Source of the DNA: Bacilli bacterium
Lineage (GTDB): Bacteria > Bacillota_I > Bacilli_A > ML615J-28 > CAG-313
Direction of reading: 5' to 3'
Assembly: GCA_035362935.1 (NCBI GenBank)
Contig: DAOSEC010000008.1
Coordinates: 12,823-76,822 of the forward strand
DNA length: 64,000 nt
The position numbers and the translations under genes are program-made. The notes under the pieces were generated by a model, which ran no database searches, was not told the origin of the DNA, and worked only from the letters and a program-made list of their open reading frames with translations. This document shows, in pieces, positions 1 to 9,591 of the stretch. The first letter of the stretch is position 1. Every line of letters begins with the position of its first letter.

Positions 1-19
1 TGGGTTCTTTTTAGATATA

Positions 20-952
20 TTATTTTTTCATTACTTCTAACACAGCTTTAACAATGTGATCTGATGTCATTTCATAGTCAACGATTAAATCTTTTACTTT
101 CCCAACTTGACCGAAGCGATCCTTAATCCCAACTGGTTTTAAGTAGATTGGATGTTCTTCGCTTAACACCTCAGATACCGCTGAGAATAACCCACCAATG
201 ATGTTATGATTTTCACACACAACCGCACGTTTGGTCTTCTTAGCAGATGCTACGACGGTTTCACGATCTATTGGTTTAATCGTATGAACGTTAATCAGTT
301 CAACACTGATGTTTTGTTGTTTTAATACTTCAATTGCTTTGATCGCCTCGGCTACCATAATACCAGTTGCATAAATGGTAACATCGGTTCCTTCTTGGAT
401 AACATCTGCTTTGAATAAATCAAACTTATAATCTTCTTTAAACACATCAGGGAATACTTTTCTACCCATTCTTACCCAAACAGGACCATAGTGGTTTACA
501 ATTTGAGGAAGTGCTTGTTCTAATTGACGATTATCAACTGGTTCAAAGATAACAAACGATGGCATACTTCTTACAATTCCAATGTCTTCAAAACTCATAT
601 GAGTTCCACCATTGTATTCAGCTGTAATTCCTGGATCCGTTGCGATAATTTTTACGTTTTGTTTTGCATAGGCGATTGATATCATTAATTGGTCTGCTAT
701 ACGACGGCTTGCAAATGGTGTAAACGTTGTAATAAATGGAATTAATCCATACGTTGACATCCCAGCAGCAACGCTAGCCATATTTTGTTCGGCAACCCCA
801 ACATTGAATGCACGATCTGGAAACATATCTTTAAATTTTGCGGTACCATTTGCTTTTGAAAGATCAGCGTCTAATACACAAATGCGTTCATCTTTCCGCA
901 TCATTTCTTCTAATGTTTTTGCAAACACTTGTCTCATTTCCATGTGCATCAC
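20..952 (-). CDS. transketolase, C-terminal subunit (pyrimidine-binding + transketolase_C domains)
   Basis: 310-aa ORF. Similarity to the C-terminal half of transketolase/DXS-like enzymes (…GLIPFITTFTPFASRRIADQL…, …VELINVHTIKPIDRE…). Directly follows the N-terminal subunit gene. Confidence 0.85.
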   Translation of the reverse strand: MMHMEMRQVFAKTLEEMMRKDERICVLDADLSKANGTAKFKDMFPDRAFNVGVAEQNMASVAAGMSTYGLIPFITTFTPFASRRIADQLMISIAYAKQNVKIIATDPGITAEYNGGTHMSFEDIGIVRSMPSFVIFEPVDNRQLEQALPQIVNHYGPVWVRMGRKVFPDVFKEDYKFDLFKADVIQEGTDVTIYATGIMVAEAIKAIEVLKQQNISVELINVHTIKPIDRETVVASAKKTKRAVVCENHNIIGGLFSAVSEVLSEEHPIYLKPVGIKDRFGQVGKVKDLIVDYEMTSDHIVKAVLEVMKK

Positions 953-1762
953 CTACTTTAACCCTTCTATAACATCTTTGATCATGTCTTTGGTAACAGG
1001 CATATTGTGACAAGCAGATCCAGCATCTTCTGCGAATTTTGCTCCCTTACCTTTGATCGTGTCTAAAATAATCATATGTGGTTTTCCTGGATTGTTTTTA
1101 GCTTTGATAATTGCTTGGTCAATCGCATCCATATCGTGTCCATCAATGCGTTGTGTGTGCCACCCAAAACTAACCCATTTCCCAACGATATCTCCTGCTT
1201 CGTTGATGTCTTCTACGTTACCATCAATTTGCATTTTATTAAAATCGGTGAATGCGATTAGATTATCTAATTTTTTGTGAGCAGCTAACATCGCAGCTTC
1301 CCAAATTTGGCCTTCTTGTGATTCCCCATCTCCAATGATTGCATAGATATATGCTCCGTCTTTTTTGATTTTTGAACCAATTGCTACGCCAACGGATGCG
1401 GAAAACCCTTGTCCAAGCGACCCTGTTGTCATATCGATTCCTGGAGTTTTGTTCATATCACAATGACTTGGTAAGTTTGTTCCAAATTGATTTAGCGTAA
1501 ACAATAGTTCAACCGGGAAATATCCTTTGCTTGCAAGAGCTGCATATACTCCTGGTCCTGCATGACCTTTTGACACCACGAGCCGATCTCTTCCTTCTAA
1601 TTTCGGATTTTTTGGGTCTACTCTCATATGTTTATAATATAATACTGTAAGTACTTCTACAATCGAAAGTGATCCACCAATGTGGCCAACCCCTAAGTGT
1701 GCAATGCTTTCAAGTGTGTAGCGTCTTATTTCTTTGCTTTTTTCAATTAATAAAGAATTCAT
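953..1762 (-). CDS. transketolase, N-terminal (TPP-binding) subunit
   Basis: ORF 953..1780. The likely start is the second Met (MNSLLIEKSKEIR…), preceded by AAAGGA. TPP-binding motif GDGESQEG is present. The stop abuts the start of the C-terminal subunit gene. Confidence 0.85.
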   Translation of the reverse strand: MNSLLIEKSKEIRRYTLESIAHLGVGHIGGSLSIVEVLTVLYYKHMRVDPKNPKLEGRDRLVVSKGHAGPGVYAALASKGYFPVELLFTLNQFGTNLPSHCDMNKTPGIDMTTGSLGQGFSASVGVAIGSKIKKDGAYIYAIIGDGESQEGQIWEAAMLAAHKKLDNLIAFTDFNKMQIDGNVEDINEAGDIVGKWVSFGWHTQRIDGHDMDAIDQAIIKAKNNPGKPHMIILDTIKGKGAKFAEDAGSACHNMPVTKDMIKDVIEGLK

Positions 1763-1788
1763 TTTTGCCCATCCTTTCATACATCAGT

Positions 1789-1817
1789 ATTATACTTGAT
1801 TTTCGTATTTTTTTCAA
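1789..1817 (-). promoter_or_regulatory. sigma-A-type promoter for the split transketolase operon (TTGAAA-17 nt-TATAAT on the minus strand)
   Basis: Read off the sequence: revcomp 1812-1817 is TTGAAA and revcomp 1789-1794 is TATAAT, with a 17-nt spacer, about 30 nt upstream of the start codon. Confidence 0.4.
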
Positions 1818-1844
1818 TCTCTACGATTCATTTCTTTTTCAATG

Positions 1845-1876
1845 AAAAAGTAAGGCTTGTCTTAGCCTTACTTTAC
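1845..1876 (-). terminator. rho-independent terminator after the 242-aa membrane protein gene
   Basis: Hairpin aagtaaggct-tgtc-ttagccttactt followed by a U-tract on the minus strand. It abuts the stop codon at 1877. Confidence 0.6.
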
Positions 1877-2605
1877 TTACTCAAATGGATCTTCCATAAT
1901 ATTCTTAATCGTTTCCAAATCAACAATGTATTGCTTTGGTTTGTTTTGATTTACCCAAACCGTGATTTTGGATTCACCTGGGACAATTTTGCTATCATCA
2001 AATCCCCAAAGTCGTTGTGTTTTATAGATGGTTTCATTTCCGGTTGCAGAATCTTTGTGTCTACAACTTATGACAATAGGGTGATACGACTTTGACAATG
2101 TGTTTACACTCATCCATCGTTGGTGATCTACTTTTATGATGGTTGCTGATAACTTTTTCCCGTTTAATCTCATGTTTTGTAACAATCGCTCATTTCTCAT
2201 TTGATTTGGATAAATACTAAATCCAATAGCCAAAAAAATCAACGAGAAAAATCCTGGAATTGTTAGAAACACATAATGAGCTAGTTGATACAGTTCTGCA
2301 GGGCTATTCGTTTTTGGATATACCGAAATTCTATCACCAAAGAATATATTTGAATCTAATATATCTAAATCAGCAAAATACGTGATACCACCAACTTGAT
2401 AACTAACCGACACTGTGATCATATCATCATCAGGATCAAAACTTTCTATAATGTCAAACACAGTCCCTGTAACCGGTGTTACCATTGTTACTATCCATAT
2501 CAAACGAACTCCAAGAATCACTACAATGAAAAAAGGAATAATCCCAACAAATTTAAAGATGGTTGACATGTTTTTTAATGTTCTTGTTACTTCCATATTA
2601 CACAC
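1877..2605 (-). CDS. hypothetical membrane protein (two hydrophobic segments)
   Basis: 242-aa ORF with N-terminal and central transmembrane stretches. No family recognised. Confidence 0.5.
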   Translation of the reverse strand: MCNMEVTRTLKNMSTIFKFVGIIPFFIVVILGVRLIWIVTMVTPVTGTVFDIIESFDPDDDMITVSVSYQVGGITYFADLDILDSNIFFGDRISVYPKTNSPAELYQLAHYVFLTIPGFFSLIFLAIGFSIYPNQMRNERLLQNMRLNGKKLSATIIKVDHQRWMSVNTLSKSYHPIVISCRHKDSATGNETIYKTQRLWGFDDSKIVPGESKITVWVNQNKPKQYIVDLETIKNIMEDPFE

Positions 2606-2718
2606 TACCTTTTCTATATCAAATTATACCACTGAACTATTTATTTCAAAATGTTTTTTCATAAATAAAAGCAAGTTAAAAAAACTTGCTTTGATATTAT
2701 CAATTATACTCATTGAAA

Positions 2719-2745
2719 AATGCTAGTTTCCTAGCATCTTTTAGG
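2719..2745. terminator. hairpin terminator just downstream of spoVG
   Basis: atgctag-tttc-ctagcat stem with an A-tract 5' and a T-tract 3'. It lies immediately after the spoVG stop at 2747. Confidence 0.5.
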
Positions 2746-2746
2746 C

Positions 2747-3019
2747 TTACTTTTCTGCTTCTGAGAAATCTTCTTCGGCGTATTTGGCTAAAACGGCTTT
2801 TTCGACTTTTTCTCTAGCGTCTGCATTAATCGGGTGCGCAATATCTCTAAATACGTTTGCTTTAGTTTTGCGACTCGGCATGGCAACGAAAAGACCTTTG
2901 CTTCCTTCAATTACTCGCAATTCATGAATAGCGAATGCATTGTCAATTGTAATTGAAGCGATTGCCTTTAAGCGATTTTGGTCATCGACTTTTCGTAGTC
3001 TAACATCTGTAATTTCCAC
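2747..3019 (-). CDS. spoVG: septation protein SpoVG
   Basis: 90 aa. [11 protein letters not shown]…[15 protein letters not shown]…LFVAMPSRK matches the conserved SpoVG family. Confidence 0.9.
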   Translation of the reverse strand: MEITDVRLRKVDDQNRLKAIASITIDNAFAIHELRVIEGSKGLFVAMPSRKTKANVFRDIAHPINADAREKVEKAVLAKYAEEDFSEAEK

Positions 3020-3095
3020 TCAACTCACCCTTTCTGAGTATATGTCCCTTTCATTGTATCATTGATTGTTTATTATTGCAACCGGTTATTTTATT

Positions 3096-3635
3096 TTATT
3101 TTACGTTTTCTTGTGGTTTTTTGAACTTTATTTTTTCTTGAGGAAGTGCATTTGTCACGATTTGTTTGAACGTTTCTAGTTTTTCGTCATCCAAAACACT
3201 CTTATTTAAAATGATGGACTGATTTTTGCCATTGTAGATATAATAGTGAATATCCCCTTCTGTTACGTCATATATTTGACTCCAAGGAAAGAGGTGTTCA
3301 GATTCAAATTGCTCTACTAAGATTTTTACCCCTTCTTCGTTTAAGGTTAATTTTAATTGGTGAGGATCTTTCATGCTAGGGTTGTTCATAATGTTGTTTT
3401 TAACTTTTCGTTTGATGTTTTTTGGATAGATAAAGAAATTATAAACAGCGAACAATATAACAAAACCACCAAGTAAATAATCTTGTGTAGTAGCGAACAC
3501 AAAAGCTCCTAATGCTAAAATGACAGCTCCCGTAATATATGGGAAATACATCATTTTGCTTTTTTTGTTAATGTGATACATGTACTGTTCGTAATAATCT
3601 TCTTTCGTTAACGTTTCTAATACTTCTAATTCCAT
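3096..3635 (-). CDS. hypothetical membrane protein (YcxB-like)
   Basis: The ORF extends to 3770, but the start is taken at MELEVLE so that it does not overlap ispE. Two TM helices followed by a soluble C-terminal domain. Confidence 0.5.
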   Translation of the reverse strand: MELEVLETLTKEDYYEQYMYHINKKSKMMYFPYITGAVILALGAFVFATTQDYLLGGFVILFAVYNFFIYPKNIKRKVKNNIMNNPSMKDPHQLKLTLNEEGVKILVEQFESEHLFPWSQIYDVTEGDIHYYIYNGKNQSIILNKSVLDDEKLETFKQIVTNALPQEKIKFKKPQENVK

Positions 3636-3651
3636 GTTCTTTCCTTCTTTC

Positions 3652-4491
3652 TTATCTAAATTTTGTGATGATGGAATACTGGGTTGGGTGTTGTTTCTTA
3701 TATTCTTTCTCTGCATTTTTTGCTTCTTTTCTAGTTTTAAAAACCGCGAACACACTTGCTCCACTACCACTCATCAATGGTTTGTTAACGCCTAGTTTTA
3801 ATAATGTAACAACTACTTCTAACACTTCTGGATACAGTTCAAACACTTTTTCTTCTAATTCGTTGTAAAAAAACTTGCGCACATATATAATATCACAATT
3901 TTTAAAATCATTCACGTGAAATTGATGAATTGGTTCGCTTTTTACAACATAATTGGTAAAGACTTGTTTGGTCGATACGGATCTGTTTGGATTTACAATC
4001 AGTACATACCCCTTGTATTTGGTCTGTAATGAATATAACACTTCTCCTCTTGAGGTTGCTAATGAGGTTACGTGATGCAAGCAGTATGGGATATCGCTTC
4101 CAAATTGAAGCGCTATTTTTGACAACTCACTATCATTTAACCCTAACTTCCATCGTTTATTCAAGTGTGTTAAGATGGCTGCACCATTGCTTGATCCACC
4201 AGCTAATCCCCCACCAATTGGGATATGTTTTTCGATATGAATGGTAAGTCCCTTTTTAATATGGTATGTGTCTTGTAAATATGATGCAATCCGATAAACC
4301 AAATTGTGTTCATTGGTTGGAACATCTTTATGATTGGATGTGATCACAATATTAGAATCTTTGCGTGATGTAACATATATTTTATCATGAAGGTTCACCG
4401 ATGTCATAATCGATCTTAAGCTATGGTAACCATCTTCACGTTTTCCAACGACTTCTAAATACAAATTTAATTTTGCATAACTTTTTATCAT
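3652..4491 (-). CDS. ispE: 4-diphosphocytidyl-2-C-methyl-D-erythritol kinase (GHMP kinase, MEP pathway)
   Basis: 279 aa. GHMP-kinase motif IPIGGGLAGGSSNGAA. Sits upstream of rsmA, the position ispE occupies in many Firmicutes. Confidence 0.85.
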   Translation of the reverse strand: MIKSYAKLNLYLEVVGKREDGYHSLRSIMTSVNLHDKIYVTSRKDSNIVITSNHKDVPTNEHNLVYRIASYLQDTYHIKKGLTIHIEKHIPIGGGLAGGSSNGAAILTHLNKRWKLGLNDSELSKIALQFGSDIPYCLHHVTSLATSRGEVLYSLQTKYKGYVLIVNPNRSVSTKQVFTNYVVKSEPIHQFHVNDFKNCDIIYVRKFFYNELEEKVFELYPEVLEVVVTLLKLGVNKPLMSGSGASVFAVFKTRKEAKNAEKEYKKQHPTQYSIITKFR

Positions 4492-4502
4492 ATGATTATC
4501 CT

Positions 4503-5351
4503 TTAACTATGAATCAAAGATGATAAAGCAATCATCTGATCTATCGTCAATTCCTCTGCTCTTGTGTTTGTGAGTAACCCACATTTTTCGATTATCTGAA
4601 TCAACTCTTCCTTTGGTTTATTAGAATAGTTTAATAGATTATTTAAAATTGTTTTTCGTTTTTGGGCAAATATTCCTTGAATAAATTCTCGAAATTGGGA
4701 TTCGTCATTTATACTGTATTTTGGTGGTTGATATAATGATAATTGTAACACGACACTATCTACATTAGGACTTGGGTAAAAACAAGTACGATTAACATCT
4801 ATTATTTTAGATATATTCGCATACGTTTGTACCATTACGCTTAAAAATCCATAGTCTTTTGTTTTTGGTTTTGCTGCTAAACGTAACCCCACTTCTTTTT
4901 GCATCATAATGGTTATGTGCTTGATGGTTTCTTTTTCAGCTAGAAGTGCTGTAATAATTGGAGAGGTAATATAGTATGGCAAATTCGCGACCACTACAAT
5001 TTCATAACCTTCTAGAACCCATCTCTCCACATCATTTTTGATATTTGCTTTTAAGATGTCTTGATGTTTTAATGTAACATTTAAAAATGGAGTTAACTCT
5101 TCTTTTAGTATTGCTATCATATCGGAATCAATCTCATAAGCAATCACATGTTTGGCAACACTTGCGAGTCGTTTGGTTAAGTTTCCTAGTCCTGGTCCTA
5201 TTTCAATCACAACTGTATGTTTTGTTATGTTGGATTGAGTTACAATTGCGTGTAAGATGTCTTCTGAAACAAGAAAGTTTTGACCAAACTTTTTCTTCGC
5301 TCTTAATTCATATTTTTGTAACAATTGATACACGTTTTGTTGTTCAGTCAT
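4503..5351 (-). CDS. rsmA: 16S rRNA (adenine1518/1519-N6)-dimethyltransferase RsmA/KsgA
   Basis: 282 aa. FGQNFL and EIGPGLGNLT SAM-binding motifs. Confidence 0.9.
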   Translation of the reverse strand: MTEQQNVYQLLQKYELRAKKKFGQNFLVSEDILHAIVTQSNITKHTVVIEIGPGLGNLTKRLASVAKHVIAYEIDSDMIAILKEELTPFLNVTLKHQDILKANIKNDVERWVLEGYEIVVVANLPYYITSPIITALLAEKETIKHITIMMQKEVGLRLAAKPKTKDYGFLSVMVQTYANISKIIDVNRTCFYPSPNVDSVVLQLSLYQPPKYSINDESQFREFIQGIFAQKRKTILNNLLNYSNKPKEELIQIIEKCGLLTNTRAEELTIDQMIALSSLIHS

Positions 5352-5889
5352 CTTGTTTCACATCCAATACTTTTTTGATTTGTTCGTAGGTTATACCTAG
5401 CGCACTAAGCCTTCTCATTAATTCTTTTGTGTTCGCATAACCTATATGAAAGTGACTCCCTACTTTTATTCGATTTCTTAAACTGTTTGGCGAAGCAGAC
5501 AGTCCTAGTTCAATCATATCAGCCAAACTTAAGTTCGTTATTTCTTGATTGTAACTAATGTGGTTTTTTAATATGTTTGATAGTTCTGTTGGTGATATAT
5601 GTTCAATCCCAATCTTGCGTCTATTTTTCGAATAGGATTTGGTTTGATCCGCATACACATGGGTACAAGGACCCACCTCTTTTTCGACAATTTTACGAAT
5701 CTTTTCTCCTGCGAAATCAGGATCAAGCACGAGTACAATCTCTTTTGTTTTTTTATATTCTTTGATCAATGCAAGGGTGTCTTCTTCAATGTGTGTTCCG
5801 TTGGTCGCAACACAAATCGCATGAGGTATTACCTTGCGGACTTTATCAATATCATGTTTGCCTTCAACGACATATATATATTCTTTCAT
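5344..5889 (-). CDS. rnmV: ribonuclease M5 (Toprim domain)
   Basis: 181 aa. N-terminal Toprim domain (YVVEGKHD…VLDPDFAGE). Conserved rnmV-rsmA adjacency. Confidence 0.8.
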   Translation of the reverse strand: MKEYIYVVEGKHDIDKVRKVIPHAICVATNGTHIEEDTLALIKEYKKTKEIVLVLDPDFAGEKIRKIVEKEVGPCTHVYADQTKSYSKNRRKIGIEHISPTELSNILKNHISYNQEITNLSLADMIELGLSASPNSLRNRIKVGSHFHIGYANTKELMRRLSALGITYEQIKKVLDVKQDD

Positions 5890-5961
5890 AACTTCACCAT
5901 ATGCTATTATAACATAGTTGGTTAAAATTCAAAATAAAAAAGTAGAGTGTGCTTTGTCACT

Positions 5962-6198
5962 CTACTTGATTGATTTTCTCTTTTGATTTTCAATGACTGC
6001 AATGATTCCTAAAAAGACAAAGAAGACAAACATTGCTCCAACAAAACCAAGTAAATATCCAACTACCATACAAATTAGACCAAATATCGCAGTTAATACA
6101 TATTGTTTTTTATGAATCCCGTTTATCACAAGTGGAATGGTAAATATCAGTGCTGAGATGATGTATCCAATCGTTTGAAAAATTGGATTGTCATTCAT
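5962..6198 (-). CDS. small hydrophobic membrane protein
   Basis: 78 aa with two predicted TM helices. Overlaps the upstream gene by 8 nt, suggesting the two are co-transcribed and translationally coupled. Confidence 0.45.
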   Translation of the reverse strand: MNDNPIFQTIGYIISALIFTIPLVINGIHKKQYVLTAIFGLICMVVGYLLGFVGAMFVFFVFLGIIAVIENQKRKSIK

Positions 6199-6655
6199 TT
6201 AGAAAGTTCTTTTCGTAGACTTCTTTTACTCTGACATAAAAGAGATCTAACTCATTCATAAAATCAGTAAACTCAACATAATTTTTAGATATTTTTTCCA
6301 CAGGACACAAATCATCTTTTTGTTTGTTTAAAATATGATCTACCATTTTTTCATATTTTAGTTCAATGTTTCGACGGCTTAACAATTCGTAAGCTTCTTT
6401 GGTAATGACATTCGAATAAACAAAGTGAACATTTTCCATCGCAAGTATCAGTCTTGCTGCTCCAGTACCTGTTACTTTATCATAAATATCAATTGGATAG
6501 TATGGATTGTTCTTCTTATAGTAGTGATAAAGTGGCCATAACCCAAATCCATTGGATTGATAAATAACGTTTCCTTTTTGTTCAATCACAATCGAATGTT
6601 TGTTTGCTTGAATTAACTCTATTAGATTAGATTTCATCAGATAACTCTCGATCAT
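6191..6655 (-). CDS. hypothetical cytosolic protein
   Basis: 154 aa, no TM segment. Overlaps both neighbours. Family not confidently recognised. Confidence 0.5.
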   Translation of the reverse strand: MIESYLMKSNLIELIQANKHSIVIEQKGNVIYQSNGFGLWPLYHYYKKNNPYYPIDIYDKVTGTGAARLILAMENVHFVYSNVITKEAYELLSRRNIELKYEKMVDHILNKQKDDLCPVEKISKNYVEFTDFMNELDLFYVRVKEVYEKNFLNE

Positions 6656-7193
6656 GAATTGAACTTTTTATTTTAATTCGATCATATATAATTGGCGTTA
6701 CAATAAAAGATAAGCTCAATCCGCCAATTCCAACTAATGTGCTTGATGTTACATAAGCCAGAGCTGTTCCACCAAAGGTTACAATGGATAATTCTAATGC
6801 AAGCATAATACCAAGAATTAAAAATACTTTTGTAAAAATAATCGATAAAAACACTAATATATGATAGAAGAATTTTACATTTCCAAGGCGTTTGGCAAAA
6901 ATCGCTTGAAGAGAAGCTAAGATGATTGCTAAAAAGACGAGTTCAATTGTTAAAAATGCTGCAATGTGCGGTGGCATCAAACCAACCATTAAGTTAAATA
7001 ATGGTATCGTAAACCCAAGTATAACTCCAAAGTATCCTGTGGTTAGAACACCCAAGATAACAACAAAATGCATCGGTAATATATATGGACCTATTCCTAA
7101 TCCGGATAAATGGAGTGAAAAGGTAATGACTATTCCAATCGCAAGCAACACTCCACCAATCGTCATCTTTTTGATTAAAATACTATTTTTCAT
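6627..7193 (-). CDS. ECF-transporter S-component-like membrane protein
   Basis: 188 aa, about 5-6 TM helices, and the size and hydropathy expected of an ECF substrate-capture protein. The assignment is tentative. Confidence 0.45.
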   Translation of the reverse strand: MKNSILIKKMTIGGVLLAIGIVITFSLHLSGLGIGPYILPMHFVVILGVLTTGYFGVILGFTIPLFNLMVGLMPPHIAAFLTIELVFLAIILASLQAIFAKRLGNVKFFYHILVFLSIIFTKVFLILGIMLALELSIVTFGGTALAYVTSSTLVGIGGLSLSFIVTPIIYDRIKIKSSIHDRELSDEI

Positions 7194-8319
7194 ATTCTTT
7201 CACAAACTCCAGTTCTTCTCGCATGTTTTGTAACTCAAGTGGTATGTTAATGTGTTGTGGGCATTTTGGAATACATTCTCCACATTCCACACATACACTT
7301 GCATCGGCATTGCGTTTTACTAGCATCCCATAACTCCACTTACCTGCTCCAACATTTTTAAACATAGCATCTTGATTATATATATGAAAGTTTCCAGGAA
7401 TATCAACTCCAGCAGGACAAGGCATACAGTACAAGCAACTTGTACAACCCACTTTTGTTAACGTACTTAGTCTTGTCTCTACTTGTTCGATTAATTCATA
7501 CTCATCCTTATTTAATGGTTCGAATGTTTGAAAAGTGTGTAAGTTGTCTAACAGTTGTGGTAATTCTGTCATTCCACTTAAAATCACTTTTACTTGTTCC
7601 AAACTACCGACCCATCGCATAGCCCAAGAAGCAATTGATCGATTTTTATTATACTCTTTCAAAATGGCTTCTGCATCCGGATGAAAGCTAGCAAGTTTTC
7701 CACCTTTAACTGGTTCCATCACAATGACTGGAATGTTGCGTGCAACGCATTCATAATATCCTTTGATTCCTTGTTGAATCGACTTGTCAATATAGTTTAA
7801 TTGGATTTGACAAAAATCCCAATTGTAATAGTTTAATATATTGATAAATACTTCATAAGAATCGTGAAAAGAAAATCCGATGTATCTAATTTTTCCTTCT
7901 TTTTTCCATGTTTCTAAAATCTCTATAATTCCCCACTCTTTTAACTGATCGAGTCTTGCTTGATTCATCGCATGAACCAAATAAAAATCAATATAATCGG
8001 TTTGTAAATGTGCTAGTTGAATGTCAATTGCTTTTAACACTTCATCTCTTGATTGATAAACTCCTAATGTTAATTTTGTTGCTAAATAAAATGTGCTACG
8101 ATCCCATTTGGAAATAACACTACCCATAAACTCTTCACTTTTTCCGTTGTGATAGACAATCGCAGTATCGTAATAATTAATTCCATTTTGATACGCAACT
8201 TCTAATAATTCCGTTGCTTTTACGGTATCAATTTCACCATTCTTTAGTGGGAATCTCATCCCGCCAAATCCAAGCAAACTTGTCGTTACTCCTAATTTGT
8301 CAAATGTTCGTTTTTCCAT
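7183..8319 (-). CDS. aldo/keto reductase with C-terminal 4Fe-4S ferredoxin domain
   Basis: 378 aa. N-terminal AKR fold (GFGGMRFP…YIDFYLVH). C-terminal CxxCxxCxxxCP plus CVECGECIPKCP Fe-S motifs. Confidence 0.8.
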   Translation of the reverse strand: MEKRTFDKLGVTTSLLGFGGMRFPLKNGEIDTVKATELLEVAYQNGINYYDTAIVYHNGKSEEFMGSVISKWDRSTFYLATKLTLGVYQSRDEVLKAIDIQLAHLQTDYIDFYLVHAMNQARLDQLKEWGIIEILETWKKEGKIRYIGFSFHDSYEVFINILNYYNWDFCQIQLNYIDKSIQQGIKGYYECVARNIPVIVMEPVKGGKLASFHPDAEAILKEYNKNRSIASWAMRWVGSLEQVKVILSGMTELPQLLDNLHTFQTFEPLNKDEYELIEQVETRLSTLTKVGCTSCLYCMPCPAGVDIPGNFHIYNQDAMFKNVGAGKWSYGMLVKRNADASVCVECGECIPKCPQHINIPLELQNMREELEFVKEYEK

Positions 8320-8325
8320 TTGTTG

Positions 8326-9591
8326 TTACCCCAATAACTTTCTTAATTGTTCTTTCAAAACAGAATCTTCTACTGCTTCGATTAAATCTTTTGGATAGTA
8401 CACGCGAACCTCTTCTTTGCGAGCTGCATCGATCAAGGCATTGACAATTTTGGAATAGTCTTTTAGTTCCTTGATTGTACCATCTTCTAGTAAAATCTTA
8501 ATCCCACTTGCCTTTTCAATTGCGAAATTTGAGTTATAAACAATTTGTGCTAAGTTATCACTTTTTAAATAGTATGTTGTGCTAATCCCGGCCTTTTTCA
8601 TTAACTCTTTGATTTGTTGGTATTGTGTTTCTACATTACCAACTAGTAGCTTATCTTTAAATAGTTTTCTAGATAACAACCGATTAGATAAATCCTTTAG
8701 AATGAAATCATCACTAAAGCGAAACTCTGAAATCATTGTTGTAATTAAGTAATCATCTAGCATCAAATAATCATCCAGCACAACACTACCTTCTTGCATA
8801 ATTTTGACTAGATACTTTGCTACTCCATCAAATACATACCCTTGATGATAGAGTACTTTGATCCGTTTGTATATCTTGTCTAACACGATTTCAAAACTGC
8901 GCCCGACTGGATGAAAGTACACTTGCCAATACATGTTATATCTACTCATTAAATAGTCTTCAATCGCATGAACACTAGATGCTTTGTGTACAATTTCTTT
9001 GTTTTTTATTCTCATCGTTCGAATGATGCGATCAACATCAATCTCACCATAGGTTGCTCCTGTAAAATAAGCATCTCTTGCTAAATAATCAAGTCTATCA
9101 ATGTCCAATTGACTTGAAACAATTCCTTCAAGCAAAGGAAACTTACCATCTTTTTTTATGATAGAAACCAAATCAGCAGGTAGGTCCGGATTGGCTTCTT
9201 TTAGTACTTTAGAAACATCTGTTTTCTCTAAGATAACTCTAGTTGAAAACTCTTCATGATCAAATTCAAACGCATCTTCAAATGCATGAGAAAATGGACC
9301 ATGACCGATGTCGTGAAGCAAGCTTGCTGCGTAAAGCAACTTAACTTCATATTCGCTTAATGCTTCTTGTAATCCTTCTACCTCTCTTATAAGACGTACA
9401 GCATTTTGATAAACCCCCAAACTATGAGAAAATCTTGAATGTTCAGCGGTGTGAAATACTGCACTGACTCCACCAAGTTGATGAATTCGTTTTAATCGTT
9501 GAAATTCTTTTGTATTAATGATATTCCAAACAAGTTCATCACTTACGGTGATATACCCGTAAATTGGATCTCTAAATACCTTCTTTTCCAT
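8326..9591 (-). CDS. HD-domain phosphohydrolase (dNTP triphosphohydrolase-like)
   Basis: 421 aa. HD motif …HSRFSHSLGV…LLHDIGHGPFSH…. Confidence 0.8.
   Translation of the reverse strand: MEKKVFRDPIYGYITVSDELVWNIINTKEFQRLKRIHQLGGVSAVFHTAEHSRFSHSLGVYQNAVRLIREVEGLQEALSEYEVKLLYAASLLHDIGHGPFSHAFEDAFEFDHEEFSTRVILEKTDVSKVLKEANPDLPADLVSIIKKDGKFPLLEGIVSSQLDIDRLDYLARDAYFTGATYGEIDVDRIIRTMRIKNKEIVHKASSVHAIEDYLMSRYNMYWQVYFHPVGRSFEIVLDKIYKRIKVLYHQGYVFDGVAKYLVKIMQEGSVVLDDYLMLDDYLITTMISEFRFSDDFILKDLSNRLLSRKLFKDKLLVGNVETQYQQIKELMKKAGISTTYYLKSDNLAQIVYNSNFAIEKASGIKILLEDGTIKELKDYSKIVNALIDAARKEEVRVYYPKDLIEAVEDSVLKEQLRKLLG

Noticed and set aside
7510-7525. GGTTCGAAT, reminiscent of a tRNA T-loop.
   Set aside because: It lies inside the aldo/keto reductase coding sequence and no acceptor stem or anticodon arm can be built around it. 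No tRNA genes are evident anywhere in the window.
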